Virus record (IMG/VR): IMGVR_UViG_3300036770_006893
Coordinates: 160,358-224,357 of that record
DNA length: 64,000 nt
Reading direction: 5' to 3' (one strand)
How positions within the stretch are numbered: position 1 is the stretch's first letter; each line of letters begins with the position of its first letter. This document shows positions 18,589 to 29,152 of this stretch, in pieces. The translations under genes and the position numbers were made by a program. A model generated the notes under the pieces. It did not search any database. It was given only the letters and a program-made list of their open reading frames with translations, and had not been told where the DNA came from.

Positions 18589-19662
18589 TTAAAGACCAAT
18601 ACACCTTTGTATAGTTTTAGCGGTATTATCCCATGAGTATTTTTTAGCCGTATTGATACCATTTATATTCGTTTTTATACCGTTTTGATATACATGTCTC
18701 ATATATCCTATTGCTTGATCTATTTGTTTTTGGCTTATTTTAGCCCAATGTCCTTGGCCTTTAAACGCTTTTCCATCGAATGCTGGTTCTGTAGTATCTA
18801 TGTCGATAAGATACGAATTTTGGCTATTGCAGAATTCTGTATGGGCTGAGAAATTGGTTGCTATTACTGGCTTATTCATTGCCATGCACTCTAGTAGTTC
18901 AAGATTCCAGCCTTCTGCTCTGGATGGAAATATACCGCAATCTGCCTGGGCTATTAATTCGGCTATTTGAAAATGCGTATCTACACCATTAAATAACTTA
19001 ATGTTGTTGTGACTATAGATATTTTTCCATTTTTCTAATTCTTCTTTAGATGAGTAAGAGTTTGTGTTTTCAGACGCCAAGATCCATAGTTCTACATCTT
19101 CATTATCAGGAAATGCATCCCGAAAAATATTTAATAGTATATCATGCCCTTTTCTAATTTCCCACTTACCAATATTAAGAAAAACAAACTTATTCTTGTA
19201 TTGATATTTCTGATTAAGTTCTGCATTAAAAATATTTAGATCAACACCCAAAGGGCAAACAAAAGTCTCCGTGTCAATATTATTCTTTTCAATTATATTT
19301 TTTGCCCATTGACTAGTAACAAATAATGCATCTGGAACGGTCATGTGTTTTTTTTCAAGATCGTTAAAAGTATCAAGCTCAAAAAAAGGAAAGGCAAAAT
19401 ATTTTCCTCTACCTATTTTTTGTATAAGATCAAACTGATGCCAAATTTTAACGAAAGGGGCGTCTATATCTAAGTTATTGACGGAATTAACTACAAGCTC
19501 AGAGAAGAAATCATATTCCTTTTGATCTTCTACATAAGAGCTACCTATAGGAAAAAGACTAATATTTTTAGAAAATGTATTATATATGCTTTTAAGTATA
19601 TTTTTTGATACTATACCATATCCAGTGCTATTTATAGGACAAGAGACGTTTATATTGTTCAT
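18589..19662 (-). CDS. GT4-family (GT-B) glycosyltransferase
   Basis: TGYG, KWE.RKG.D.L, FPSRAEGWNL..LE.MA..KPVI.T. Confidence 0.85.
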   Translation of the reverse strand: MNNINVSCPINSTGYGIVSKNILKSIYNTFSKNISLFPIGSSYVEDQKEYDFFSELVVNSVNNLDIDAPFVKIWHQFDLIQKIGRGKYFAFPFFELDTFNDLEKKHMTVPDALFVTSQWAKNIIEKNNIDTETFVCPLGVDLNIFNAELNQKYQYKNKFVFLNIGKWEIRKGHDILLNIFRDAFPDNEDVELWILASENTNSYSSKEELEKWKNIYSHNNIKLFNGVDTHFQIAELIAQADCGIFPSRAEGWNLELLECMAMNKPVIATNFSAHTEFCNSQNSYLIDIDTTEPAFDGKAFKGQGHWAKISQKQIDQAIGYMRHVYQNGIKTNINGINTAKKYSWDNTAKTIQRCIGL

Positions 19663-19784
19663 TTTTAATATACCTTATTATGTGTGTTATTAACTTGAAT
19701 AAATATTGTTTTTACTAATTTTGTTACATATATCTATATAGAATTGGTATTATGCGATTCATAATGTTTTGCTCATTATATAGT

Positions 19785-20885
19785 TTATACGCCAAAAACT
19801 GGATTTTTGTTGGAATGAATTTGATTAACTCTATAAAATTGTCCACACTTACTCATATGCTTGATAGATCTAGCCCCTATATAACAGCAGCATGATCTTA
19901 TACCTCCTAATAATTCTTGAACCACCGTATTTGTTGTTCCTTTATAAGGGACTGTAATTTTAGTGCCTTCTGAAGCCCTATATTTTTTAATATTATCCTC
20001 ATATGTTTCTTGAGCATGATGTGTGCTCATACCATAATACGTGAAACTACCTTTAGTTTTTTTATTCGATTCTAATATTGTAGAATAATCTCCTCCAAAT
20101 TCCCATTCTCCTTCGCTCTCATCAACACCAGCAAAATATCCTCCCAGCATTACAAAATCAGCACCGCCGCATAGAGCCTTACAAACATCTCCAACGTTTT
20201 TATGACCACCATCAGAACAGATCAATCCAGGTTTTTTATCTCCGTTTTGAAGACCATGTGCCACATAAGCATTTTCTAAACAACAGCTCAACTGAGGCAA
20301 ACCGCATCCTGTCAAGAAACGAGTTGTACATGCGGACCCGCCACCAATGCCGCATTTTACAATATCTACGCCACCATAAATAATCAGTTCTTGGGTCGAA
20401 GAAGTATTGGTTATATTACCGGCTATAATAATACTTTCTGGGAAATTATCTCTTACTTTTTTACAATACTTAACAAAAACGTCCATATGTCCATTTGGTA
20501 CATCTATACAGATATTAGGCTGTATATTGATTTTATTTTTTAGTTCAAGTAAATGATTTAAGTCACTTTTTTTATATCCAATAGATACAAATGTATAATC
20601 TATATTATCTGGATAATCCTTGAAGTACTGAAATAATTCATCTACAGTATGATATTTATGTAAGCAAGCTATAATTTTATGACGAGCTAGTGCTATAGCC
20701 ATAGAAAAACTACAAAAGCTCATATTTGCACATATGATAGGTACTCCATTCCAAACTCTTGGAGAATGATAAAAGTGAAAAGTTCGACTAATATCTATAT
20801 CCGATCTACTAGTAAGGGTAGATCTTTGAGGAGCAATTAATACATCATCAAAATCAAGTTTGGTTTCATTAATTATTTTTTGCAT
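19785..20885 (-). CDS. guaC: GMP reductase
   Basis: KLDFDDVLI.P..S.L.SR, ICIDVPNG, GIGGGSACTTR, SDGG, FVMLGG, ASEG, GGIRS. Confidence 0.9.
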   Translation of the reverse strand: MQKIINETKLDFDDVLIAPQRSTLTSRSDIDISRTFHFYHSPRVWNGVPIICANMSFCSFSMAIALARHKIIACLHKYHTVDELFQYFKDYPDNIDYTFVSIGYKKSDLNHLLELKNKINIQPNICIDVPNGHMDVFVKYCKKVRDNFPESIIIAGNITNTSSTQELIIYGGVDIVKCGIGGGSACTTRFLTGCGLPQLSCCLENAYVAHGLQNGDKKPGLICSDGGHKNVGDVCKALCGGADFVMLGGYFAGVDESEGEWEFGGDYSTILESNKKTKGSFTYYGMSTHHAQETYEDNIKKYRASEGTKITVPYKGTTNTVVQELLGGIRSCCCYIGARSIKHMSKCGQFYRVNQIHSNKNPVFGV

Positions 20886-21411
20886 TGAAAAAATACCATC
20901 TGTTAAAAGCTTCTATTTCTGAATAATCATTTATGTAGTTTAGATAATCTCTAATTTCTAGCCATGATGAAAAAATCATCTGATGAGGTATGGTGCCAAA
21001 AAGCCAATCAGGGGCTTGTTGTTTGCCTTGAACCATATGAACTATAATAGGTTTTTTCTGACGATTTGCCCAAAAAATTTCTTCATATGTTCCGCACGGA
21101 TGAACATCTAGATCCAGATTGACTATCATAAAGTCGCTGATATCAACCAGTCTTAAATCTACAGATCGAATTACTTTCATTAATTGAGCTAATTCATCAT
21201 AAGATTTTTGCTGCTTTAACATTTTTTTATAAAGGTGCGTTCTTTCATCTTCTTGACCAATCATAATTGGTTTTTTGATTGGATTAAAAACAACTATACC
21301 TAAATTTTCTAGGAATGGAGTAATATCGTCCCTCCATCCACTTCCCCTATCGGCAACCCTATCCATTGCCCCTGCTAGATAAACTCTTTGATTTCTAAGC
21401 CTATTATTCAT
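20869..21411 (-). CDS. Nucleoside 2-deoxyribosyltransferase-like protein
   Basis: VYLAG.M...WR, FNP, D...V..SD, GT.EE..WA...KP. Confidence 0.75.
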   Translation of the reverse strand: MNNRLRNQRVYLAGAMDRVADRGSGWRDDITPFLENLGIVVFNPIKKPIMIGQEDERTHLYKKMLKQQKSYDELAQLMKVIRSVDLRLVDISDFMIVNLDLDVHPCGTYEEIFWANRQKKPIIVHMVQGKQQAPDWLFGTIPHQMIFSSWLEIRDYLNYINDYSEIEAFNRWYFFNAKNN

Positions 21412-21613
21412 TTAGATATTAATATTTGTTTGTTAGGCCTTTGTGAATTCCTAAGAGGATGCAGCTAACAAAAACTATAGCAAAAACTACATTCATATGT
21501 GTATTATAGCGCATGGAGCAGGATAGGCAAGCGGTTTTATAAGCCTAAGGCACACTGTTAATAATTAATCTAGTGTCACGTACTATGACAATATTTTGGT
21601 TTATTGTCTGTAA

Positions 21614-22387
21614 TTATATTTTAAGCCTATGTTCTTGAAACTGCTCTTGGAAATCGTCCATTGACTCGTGTACTTTGTGTATCGGTGGTTCGCCACCAGA
21701 TTCTAATAACCAGTGTTTAAGCCAAAAGTTTTTGTTTCTTAATAGGCGGTTTTCAAGAGATAAGTATCCGGTATGAACAACAAAAGGTAGATTGTTTCCC
21801 CTGAGGCTTTGTATGTCGCTTGGAAAAGCTTTGCATAAAACCAAATTACCATTAGAGTCTATTAATTCACATGTATCGCTTTTTGTAGTGTCTATAAATC
21901 CGTTGTTTTTTATTGCAAAATTAACAGGACCCCTAAATAAACCAGACTTATGCATATACCATTTTGGTGTTATGGATGAATAATATTCATATGTTTTATA
22001 TAGATTGATAGATGGTATCATATATGATTGACTATTGTCGTAAATTAAATTGGAGGCAGCGGCATACCATATTGGCTTTTGCCATATTGGTATGTATTCA
22101 TCCATATCTAGGCCTATTTTTATTTGATGTGTGCTAGAAGTAGATTGAAGAGCTAGATTTTTAATCTTACCATCTAGTAGATAATCAGAGTAGGGTATGT
22201 CTGATGATATAATTTTTAAATTATTATATAATCTTTGCTCACTAGTAAGCACAGATAGAGTTTCATCCTCACTAGTATTTACACATATAACCACTTCATC
22301 AGCCATAGCGCAAAAGTTTTTAACTGAGTATTTATAGTTAAAATTATTTTTTATTAGATTGAATGCTGATGAGTATATAGAAATCAT
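21614..22387 (-). CDS. GT-A fold glycosyltransferase
   Basis: ADEVVI...S.D.T, KN.AL, LDMDE (DxD), H.GY. Confidence 0.7.
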   Translation of the reverse strand: MISIYSSAFNLIKNNFNYKYSVKNFCAMADEVVICVNTSEDETLSVLTSEQRLYNNLKIISSDIPYSDYLLDGKIKNLALQSTSSTHQIKIGLDMDEYIPIWQKPIWYAAASNLIYDNSQSYMIPSINLYKTYEYYSSITPKWYMHKSGLFRGPVNFAIKNNGFIDTTKSDTCELIDSNGNLVLCKAFPSDIQSLRGNNLPFVVHTGYLSLENRLLRNKNFWLKHWLLESGGEPPIHKVHESMDDFQEQFQEHRLKI

Positions 22388-23241
22388 TTGATTATTATTT
22401 TATCACTTGTTGATATATTATAAGCTTTATTAATTTGTTCGATTTGATTTAATTGATTTTTGGCTATACTTTTACACGCGTCAATATTGATTTTGGATAG
22501 ATCAATATCTGTTTTTGGAGTACATGATGGGAGTATGTATATGTCTCCGTATCTTGATACTGAGTAACAGAAATTTACATGTTCTATGTGTCCACATGTT
22601 GACCAATAACAATCTGGTCTTTTTAATATATCTGTTTTGATTAGTGCAAATCCGCTAAATCCAGACATGATTTTTATAGCACTATTTTGTTTCCACAATT
22701 GCCTATCAGAATCTAATAAAAATGGACAATCGGTAAAATACAATCCGTTATTGCCAAAATAATCTCTGAACGCCGAAACATCGTAAAAACTATTTTGTGT
22801 TTCATTGGTCATGAGATCTTCTATTTGATTCTGTCTTGTATTAGCAACTACCATTGCGCAGTTTTTCACATTTGTTATGAATTCATATAGTATTATAAAA
22901 TTTTGATTAGTAAATATAATATCAGTATCTATTAAAAGAGTATATTCAGAATCGATGTTTTTTATTAATGTTTTTGCCTTATTTCTATAATAGGCCATAA
23001 GCACAAGTCTTTCCACAAGGCTTACAGAACCAAATTGGGGAGTATTTAATTTTTCTGATATTATTGATCCTGATTTATTTTTGATCCAAGAATTAATAAT
23101 TTCTAATGTTTTATCTTCAGAGTCATTCTCATAAAAGTAAAAACTAAAATCTCCCAGTGTGGACAAGTCATCTAATGAACGCAAAGTTCGATAGATGTGT
23201 TTTTCAGAATTTCTCCACAATCCTATTACAGAAATATTCAT
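22384..23241 (-). CDS. GT-A glycosyltransferase (CAP59/ANP1-like)
   Basis: YENDSEDKT, R...MA.YRN, IDTD, YD..A.RD, SGFSG, EHV.F. Confidence 0.7.
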   Translation of the reverse strand: MNISVIGLWRNSEKHIYRTLRSLDDLSTLGDFSFYFYENDSEDKTLEIINSWIKNKSGSIISEKLNTPQFGSVSLVERLVLMAYYRNKAKTLIKNIDSEYTLLIDTDIIFTNQNFIILYEFITNVKNCAMVVANTRQNQIEDLMTNETQNSFYDVSAFRDYFGNNGLYFTDCPFLLDSDRQLWKQNSAIKIMSGFSGFALIKTDILKRPDCYWSTCGHIEHVNFCYSVSRYGDIYILPSCTPKTDIDLSKINIDACKSIAKNQLNQIEQINKAYNISTSDKIIIK

Positions 23242-23251
23242 TGAATATAAT

Positions 23252-23860
23252 TTATTTTCCTAGAATATGAACAGTTACATTGAACTTAGACCAAATATCA
23301 TCAATTAAATCTGATATGAAATACCAGTTTCCTCCAGCTAATCCGCTACCAAACCTAGGACAATGTATGTCGAAGATATCTGTAGATGATTCATTATTTT
23401 TCAGTTGGCTGTTAATGAAAGAGGCAACTGCGCTCATGGATTTGGTAAGGGCCAAATAGTTCAATGGTCTAGTATTTGATGGCGATATCACCCCATTCTG
23501 GGCAATCATATTAGCAACATATAGAGAATTTTTTGTTTTGTTATTTTCGATAACCTTTATAATTTGACAATATCCCAAATTAGACCTAAGAAATGATTTA
23601 CCAAGCATGTGGTAGTTCATTTTGACTATAGGAAATTTATCAGCTATAAAAGCAGCGAATCCTGCGCCAAAAGAATCAATGTTGTTGCATACGTGTGGGA
23701 TTATGACACTCGAACCATTATTAGGTGTATTAATTTTTTCAATACAGCAATTAAATATGTCGTGCTTACTAATAACGTATGAATGTCTTTTATTGTTTTT
23801 ATTGGTTTTTATTGACATTTTAATTACCTTATAATTTTTGTCCATTTTAATTTTGGACAC
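23252..23860 (-). CDS. Macrodomain (Poa1p/TARG1/DarG-like ADP-ribose-processing)
   Basis: IPHVCN....GAGFA..I...FP, ANM.AQ, H.PRFG.GLAGG.W. Confidence 0.8.
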   Translation of the reverse strand: MSKIKMDKNYKVIKMSIKTNKNNKRHSYVISKHDIFNCCIEKINTPNNGSSVIIPHVCNNIDSFGAGFAAFIADKFPIVKMNYHMLGKSFLRSNLGYCQIIKVIENNKTKNSLYVANMIAQNGVISPSNTRPLNYLALTKSMSAVASFINSQLKNNESSTDIFDIHCPRFGSGLAGGNWYFISDLIDDIWSKFNVTVHILGK

Positions 23861-24075
23861 TCTTGATCAGCCCAAGCTAATTTATTTAAAAACTTGCTAC
23901 TATTACTAATATTACATCCACATATTTTACATTGTGAATTTTTGCTATCAAATTCTTCGCAGCTAAGACATATTTGGTATCTATATAGAATTTCAGACTT
24001 GGTTGACTTTGGTAGACCTCTACTAATATGAAAGAGAAGGGATTTTAAAAAGGTTTTTATTCTAAGAAATATCAT
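23824..24075 (-). CDS. Small Cys-rich (Zn-binding) protein
   Basis: R..IC..C......QC..CGC...K......CP..KW. Confidence 0.6.
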   Translation of the reverse strand: MIFLRIKTFLKSLLFHISRGLPKSTKSEILYRYQICLSCEEFDSKNSQCKICGCNISNSSKFLNKLAWADQECPKLKWTKIIR

Positions 24076-24343
24076 TTTTTTCTCTTCTTTTAAGAGCTAC
24101 TATATTTTTATCATTGTCTGTTGTCAGTAATTCTATTTGATTCACCATACTATTCGGCGGTAGCCATTTAGTAAAGCCATCGAATAATCCGAGACACATA
24201 ATATCTCCGTTACTTTTAAAGTCCTTCGACATAATGTAATACCTATTTCCATATTCAAAGCAATCACCTCCTGTTAGTTCTTCTAAGTATTTCATTCTAG
24301 TGATTGTAGTACCTGTCCCAGTCTTCCCATTCTTCTTCTTCAA
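24062..24343 (-). CDS. Hypothetical protein
   Basis: ORF in operon; start probably at the internal MKYLEEL. Confidence 0.45.
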   Translation of the reverse strand: MKKKNGKTGTGTTITRMKYLEELTGGDCFEYGNRYYIMSKDFKSNGDIMCLGLFDGFTKWLPPNSMVNQIELLTTDNDKNIVALKRREKNDIS

Positions 24344-24512
24344 AATCCTGTTTTATTTTTTTATATTCAGACTGTTTCCTTAACTTAGCTTCTAATGGAT
24401 CTTCATCCGCGCTTGTATACTTTTTCTTTTTGTTTTTAATCTTACTTCTTCTTATTTCTTTTCTAATTGAAAAGTCATCAGATTCATTTTTCATGTTTTT
24501 CTCCAAAATCAA
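24297..24512 (-). CDS. Small charged hypothetical protein
   Basis: ORF downstream of the promoter at 24517-24544, with GGAG RBS. Confidence 0.5.
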   Translation of the reverse strand: MILEKNMKNESDDFSIRKEIRRSKIKNKKKKYTSADEDPLEAKLRKQSEYKKIKQDFEEEEWEDWDRYYNH

Positions 24513-24516
24513 ACCT

Positions 24517-24544
24517 ATTCTATAGGGTCATAGAAAAAAGTCAA
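24517..24544 (-). promoter_or_regulatory. Sigma70-like promoter (divergent region)
   Basis: TTGACT-N16-TAGAAT. Confidence 0.6.
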
Positions 24545-24627
24545 GGCGCAAGCAGTAAATTTTATTGAGTTGACGAACACAAAAATCCCTTTATATATTA
24601 TGCAGGCCCGGGCGCTATAATACTCTT

Positions 24628-26274
24628 ATGAATACAAATATAACTCTGGTGACAGGAATATGGGACCTTGGTAGATCTAATCTATCAGATGGTTGGTCTA
24701 GGGCTTTTGAGCACTATATAAATAATTTCAGGCTACTGCTAAATAATACTAAAGATATAAATTTGGTAGTATTTATAGACAAGTCGTTGGAAGAATTAGT
24801 GTGGTCTATAAGAGAAAAGACTAATACCAGAGTATACCACCATTCAGTAGAAGAGTTTGATAGTAATTTTTTCCCATTTCGTGAAGAAGTAGAAAAAATA
24901 AGAAAAAACGAAGAATGGTTGAACCAAGCGGGTTGGCTTAGAGAAAGCACTCAAGCTAGGCTAGAAATGTACAATCCTTTAGTTATGAGCAAGATGTTCC
25001 TGCTGCATAATGCTAAAATATATAATGATTTTAATAGTGATTATCTTTTTTGGATAGATGGCGGGATAACAAATACTGTGCATCCAGGTTATTTTAGTAG
25101 CGATAAGGTTCTTCAGAAAATATCTGAAAAATTAGATAATTTTTTGTTTATATGCTTTCCATATAATACAGAATCCGAAATACATGGGTTCAAAATAGAA
25201 GGAATGAGAAAATTTAGTCAGTGTGATTCTGTTAAAAGAGTTGCTAGGGGAGGTTTTTTTGGTGGAAAATCTGAGCTTATATCACCAGCTAATGATATGT
25301 ATTATGCTTTGCTTAAGGATACTTTGTCTCAAGGATATATGGGAACCGAAGAAAGCATATTTACTATCATGTCTTATTTAGACAGCAAAAGTTTTAGAGT
25401 AGAGATGATAAATGAGGACGGCCTTATATCTACCTTCTTCGAAAATGTAAAAAACAATAAATTTATATCACTAAATAAATCACAAAAAATACACAAAAAC
25501 AAAAACATAGAGCTGTATATAAATACATTTAACTCTCCAAAACAACTTAAAATGGTGATAGAAAGCTTTGAACGGCACGATACAAATTTCCTAAATAAAA
25601 CAAAAAAGTTTCTAATTAATAATTCAACAAATGAAAAATTTGATACAGAATATGACGAGATATGTAATCAATATAACTTTAATCAAATCAAAAAAGGTAA
25701 TATAGGTATATGCGGTTCCAGACAATTGGCCGCAGAAATGTTCTATAAAAATAAAAGCCAGTATATGTTATTTTTTGAGGATGATATGTTAATAGATTTT
25801 TCTGGTGTTTGTAGATTCGGTTTTCCCAAAAAAACAAAAGATCTCTTTAATAATTTAGTTTCAATAATGGATCAAGAAAATTACGATTTTATTAAGCTCA
25901 GCTTTTCAGAATTCTACGGACATAATGGAATGCAATGGAGTTGGCATAATGTTCCACATAATAAAAAAATAGAATATTTTGGCGAAATCAAAAACAAACC
26001 ATTCACATTATTTAAAAACATAAAATCAAAGAATGGTGTTCCGTATGCCGACGGAGAGGTTTACTACTCCAACTGGCCACATATTATAAACCAAGAAGGC
26101 AATAAGAAAATGTTTATAGACACCAAATGGGCCAACCCTTTTGAACAAACTTGGATGAGCCATATTTACTCATTGACAAAAGAACAAAAAGTATTTCCAG
26201 CAATATTGCTATCTAGTCCAATAACACATAATAGGGTAGATTTTTATGAGTCTTCAGAAAGAAAAGAAAACTAA
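24628..26274 (+). CDS. HtrL/YibB(WlaTC)-like glycosyltransferase fused to a second GT-A domain
   Basis: TLVT..WD.GR, YN.LVMSK, WIDGG, GGFFGG, GTEE; second domain with FFEDD. Confidence 0.7.
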   Translation: MNTNITLVTGIWDLGRSNLSDGWSRAFEHYINNFRLLLNNTKDINLVVFIDKSLEELVWSIREKTNTRVYHHSVEEFDSNFFPFREEVEKIRKNEEWLNQAGWLRESTQARLEMYNPLVMSKMFLLHNAKIYNDFNSDYLFWIDGGITNTVHPGYFSSDKVLQKISEKLDNFLFICFPYNTESEIHGFKIEGMRKFSQCDSVKRVARGGFFGGKSELISPANDMYYALLKDTLSQGYMGTEESIFTIMSYLDSKSFRVEMINEDGLISTFFENVKNNKFISLNKSQKIHKNKNIELYINTFNSPKQLKMVIESFERHDTNFLNKTKKFLINNSTNEKFDTEYDEICNQYNFNQIKKGNIGICGSRQLAAEMFYKNKSQYMLFFEDDMLIDFSGVCRFGFPKKTKDLFNNLVSIMDQENYDFIKLSFSEFYGHNGMQWSWHNVPHNKKIEYFGEIKNKPFTLFKNIKSKNGVPYADGEVYYSNWPHIINQEGNKKMFIDTKWANPFEQTWMSHIYSLTKEQKVFPAILLSSPITHNRVDFYESSERKEN

Positions 26275-27532
26275 AAACCAAAACAGCATATTTGTGCAGA
26301 TAGCTGCTTATAGGGATCCACAATTGATGCCGACCCTAGACGATATGCTAGATAAGGCCATGAGACCTGATGATCTAAGCATAGGAATAGCTTGGCAACA
26401 CTGCGATAATGATAAATGGGACAATTTAGACAAATACATCAATGATAATAGATTCAAAATTATAGATATAAACTATAAGGAATCTAAAGGAGTTTGTTGG
26501 GCAAGAAACATGGTTCAGCAGTTATATAACAATGAAAAATATACTCTTCAATTAGATAGTCATCATAGATTTGAAAAAGATTGGGATAAAACTCTAATAG
26601 ATATGGTTAAAAATTTACAAAAAAAGGGATATAAAAAACCATTATTAACATCTTATATACCTAGTTTCGATCCGGATAATGATCCAGCAGCAAGAGTTTT
26701 GCAACCATGGAAAATGAATTTCGACAGATTCATACCTGAAGGCGCTGTATTTTTTATACCATCTAATTTTGATCCATGGGACAATGTTGATGAACCACTT
26801 CCGGCAAGATTTTATAGTGCTCACTTTGCTTTTACTGTCGGACAATTTTCTAAAGAAGTTCAGCATGATCCTGAGTATTATTTTCACGGAGAAGAAATCA
26901 GTATAGCAGCACGAGCTTATACGCATGGGTATGACTTATTTCATCCAAACAAGGTTGTTTGTTGGCATGAATACACAAGAAAAGGCAGAACAAAACAATG
27001 GGATGATGATCCGAAGTGGGTAGAGAAAAATAATTTGTGTCATCTAAAAAACAGAAAACTTTTTGGTATGGACGGCGAAAAACAAGATATTGATTTTGGC
27101 AAATATGGATTTGGTAGCCGTAGGACTCTTAGAGAGTACGAAAAATATTCAGGTTTGAGCTTCAAGGACAGATCCATCCACAAGTCTGTACAACAAAAAA
27201 TAGACCCAATATCTGCAAATACCTTGTCCTTAACCGACGAAGAATTTGATGCTAGTCTCATGAGTATTTTCAGACACTGTATAGATATTTCTTATGATCA
27301 GGTTCCAGAAAGCGATTATGATTTTTGGGCAGTTGCATTTAAAAATGCTAAAGGCGAAGATATGTATAGGCAGGATGCTGATAGAAATGAAATTATTTCT
27401 ATGAAAGCAGACCCAGATGGATATTGCAAAGTTTGGCGAGAGTTTCAAACAAAACAAAAACCCTATAGTTGGATTGTTTGGCCCCATAGCGAAAGTAAGG
27501 GATGGGCCAGTCCAATAACAGGAGTACTATAA
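26246..27532 (+). CDS. GT60-type polypeptide alpha-N-acetylglucosaminyltransferase (Gnt1/Gnt2-like)
   Basis: IFVQIAAYRD, G.CWAR, LQLDSH.RF...WD, F.GEEI...AR.YT.GYD..P....WH.Y. Confidence 0.85.
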   Translation: MSLQKEKKTKNQNSIFVQIAAYRDPQLMPTLDDMLDKAMRPDDLSIGIAWQHCDNDKWDNLDKYINDNRFKIIDINYKESKGVCWARNMVQQLYNNEKYTLQLDSHHRFEKDWDKTLIDMVKNLQKKGYKKPLLTSYIPSFDPDNDPAARVLQPWKMNFDRFIPEGAVFFIPSNFDPWDNVDEPLPARFYSAHFAFTVGQFSKEVQHDPEYYFHGEEISIAARAYTHGYDLFHPNKVVCWHEYTRKGRTKQWDDDPKWVEKNNLCHLKNRKLFGMDGEKQDIDFGKYGFGSRRTLREYEKYSGLSFKDRSIHKSVQQKIDPISANTLSLTDEEFDASLMSIFRHCIDISYDQVPESDYDFWAVAFKNAKGEDMYRQDADRNEIISMKADPDGYCKVWREFQTKQKPYSWIVWPHSESKGWASPITGVL

Positions 27533-27569
27533 TTCAAATCAAATTCAACATTTTTATAACGAGGAATTC

Positions 27570-28310
27570 ATGTGGCTTGAGTGCTTAAAAGTATACGATG
27601 TAAATTTTTCAAAAGTCCGAGTAGGCAATGCTAGTGATGGCGGATATATCTTGAACGATGAGATCTTAAAGTGCGCCGAAAAATTAGTATCTATAGGTAT
27701 AGGTTATGACGATGGCTTTGAGTTAGACTGGGTAGACAAATTTCCAGACTCAACTATAGAAATGTATGATGGGACATATCCATGTAATAATATTTGTAAT
27801 AAATATCCAGAAAAAATAAATCGTAATATTTTTTATTATCACAAAAATGTAGGCAATAAACCAGATCAAATAAATTTATCAAGTATAATTAATAAAGATA
27901 ATAAAAAAACTTTACTAAAAATAGATATTGAAGGTGGCGAGTATGAAATATTTGACTCAATAACCATAGGCAATAATATTATTGGCTTAACTCTAGAAGT
28001 ACACGATTTGTATATGCCAATTAATCAAAATAAGCTGTATCAAATAATTAACAATAATTTTCAAAATATGATACTATTCCATATTCATGGAAATGCTCAT
28101 GGTAATTCATTCGAATTAGAGTACGTAAACTCTTCAAATGAAAAAATAATACTTCCTAATTTTCCTCATGTTATTGAGCTTTCTTTTATTAATAAAAACA
28201 TAGTTGGTAACTATGGTTTAGAAACTAATACTTTTCCTGTTCTTGGTTTAGACGCATCAAATAAAGAAGATTCTCCAGATATAGACTTATACTGGGTAAA
28301 TAAAGTATGA
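27570..28310 (+). CDS. FkbM-like SAM methyltransferase
   Basis: RVG...DGGY, SIGI..D..FE, LKIDIEG.EY, FH.H.N, ELSF. Confidence 0.8.
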   Translation: MWLECLKVYDVNFSKVRVGNASDGGYILNDEILKCAEKLVSIGIGYDDGFELDWVDKFPDSTIEMYDGTYPCNNICNKYPEKINRNIFYYHKNVGNKPDQINLSSIINKDNKKTLLKIDIEGGEYEIFDSITIGNNIIGLTLEVHDLYMPINQNKLYQIINNNFQNMILFHIHGNAHGNSFELEYVNSSNEKIILPNFPHVIELSFINKNIVGNYGLETNTFPVLGLDASNKEDSPDIDLYWVNKV

Positions 28311-29152
28311 TATATATATCTGTTTGTTGTTTACCAGATAGAATAGCTAACGAACATATCTGTCGTAAATTTTTATTTGGTTTATTAAATCAAAAAAGCA
28401 AGCTAGACTATCAGATAATATTAAATATACCAAAATATTTTATAAACTATAAATCATATGAAATACCAAGTTGGTTTTTTACTTATCTTAAAGACTATCC
28501 AAACATAATCTTATTAAGAGATGATAATGATTACGGCCCAATAAGTAATATCATTCATCCATTAAAACATATTAATTTTAAAAAAAATGATATTTTATTA
28601 GTATGTGACGATGACCATTTATATAGTCCGTATATGATAGACTATCATTTTAAAAAGCTCATAGAATATCCAGACAATCATTCTATATGCTTTAGGGGTA
28701 ATCAGCCGATGGAGCTTAGAACATGGTACGATAATGGTAAAAAATTCGGAAAATTTTATCAAAGCTCAGTACTTTTTCCAACAAAAAAAGATCTTTACTT
28801 AAAACTCCCAGATCATTGGCATAGTGTCTCTTACTGGGTAAAAAATCTAAATTTAGAATATTTGATGAGTCCTGATTTTTTGAACATGACATGGAATAAT
28901 GATTTACTTATGGGTTATTATGGTTGGGATAACAATATGTTTTTTGCATGCTGCTCATATGAGTGTGAAACAGACTATAGGCCAGTCAATTACGACGGTA
29001 GGGGATCAAATAGCTTTCCAATAGACGAAATGCTACCATTTGAATCTAATAGCGGCTGCAATTTATTTAGAGCAAAAGATACAAGCGATATATGGGATAA
29101 TCAAAAATTTTGTAGCGTAATAAATAAAGATAAGGGTATTATCGAACTATGA
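28307..29152 (+). CDS. GT-A glycosyltransferase
   Basis: P.R, LNIP, DYGP, VCDDD..Y, ND. Confidence 0.7.
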   Translation: MIYISVCCLPDRIANEHICRKFLFGLLNQKSKLDYQIILNIPKYFINYKSYEIPSWFFTYLKDYPNIILLRDDNDYGPISNIIHPLKHINFKKNDILLVCDDDHLYSPYMIDYHFKKLIEYPDNHSICFRGNQPMELRTWYDNGKKFGKFYQSSVLFPTKKDLYLKLPDHWHSVSYWVKNLNLEYLMSPDFLNMTWNNDLLMGYYGWDNNMFFACCSYECETDYRPVNYDGRGSNSFPIDEMLPFESNSGCNLFRAKDTSDIWDNQKFCSVINKDKGIIEL

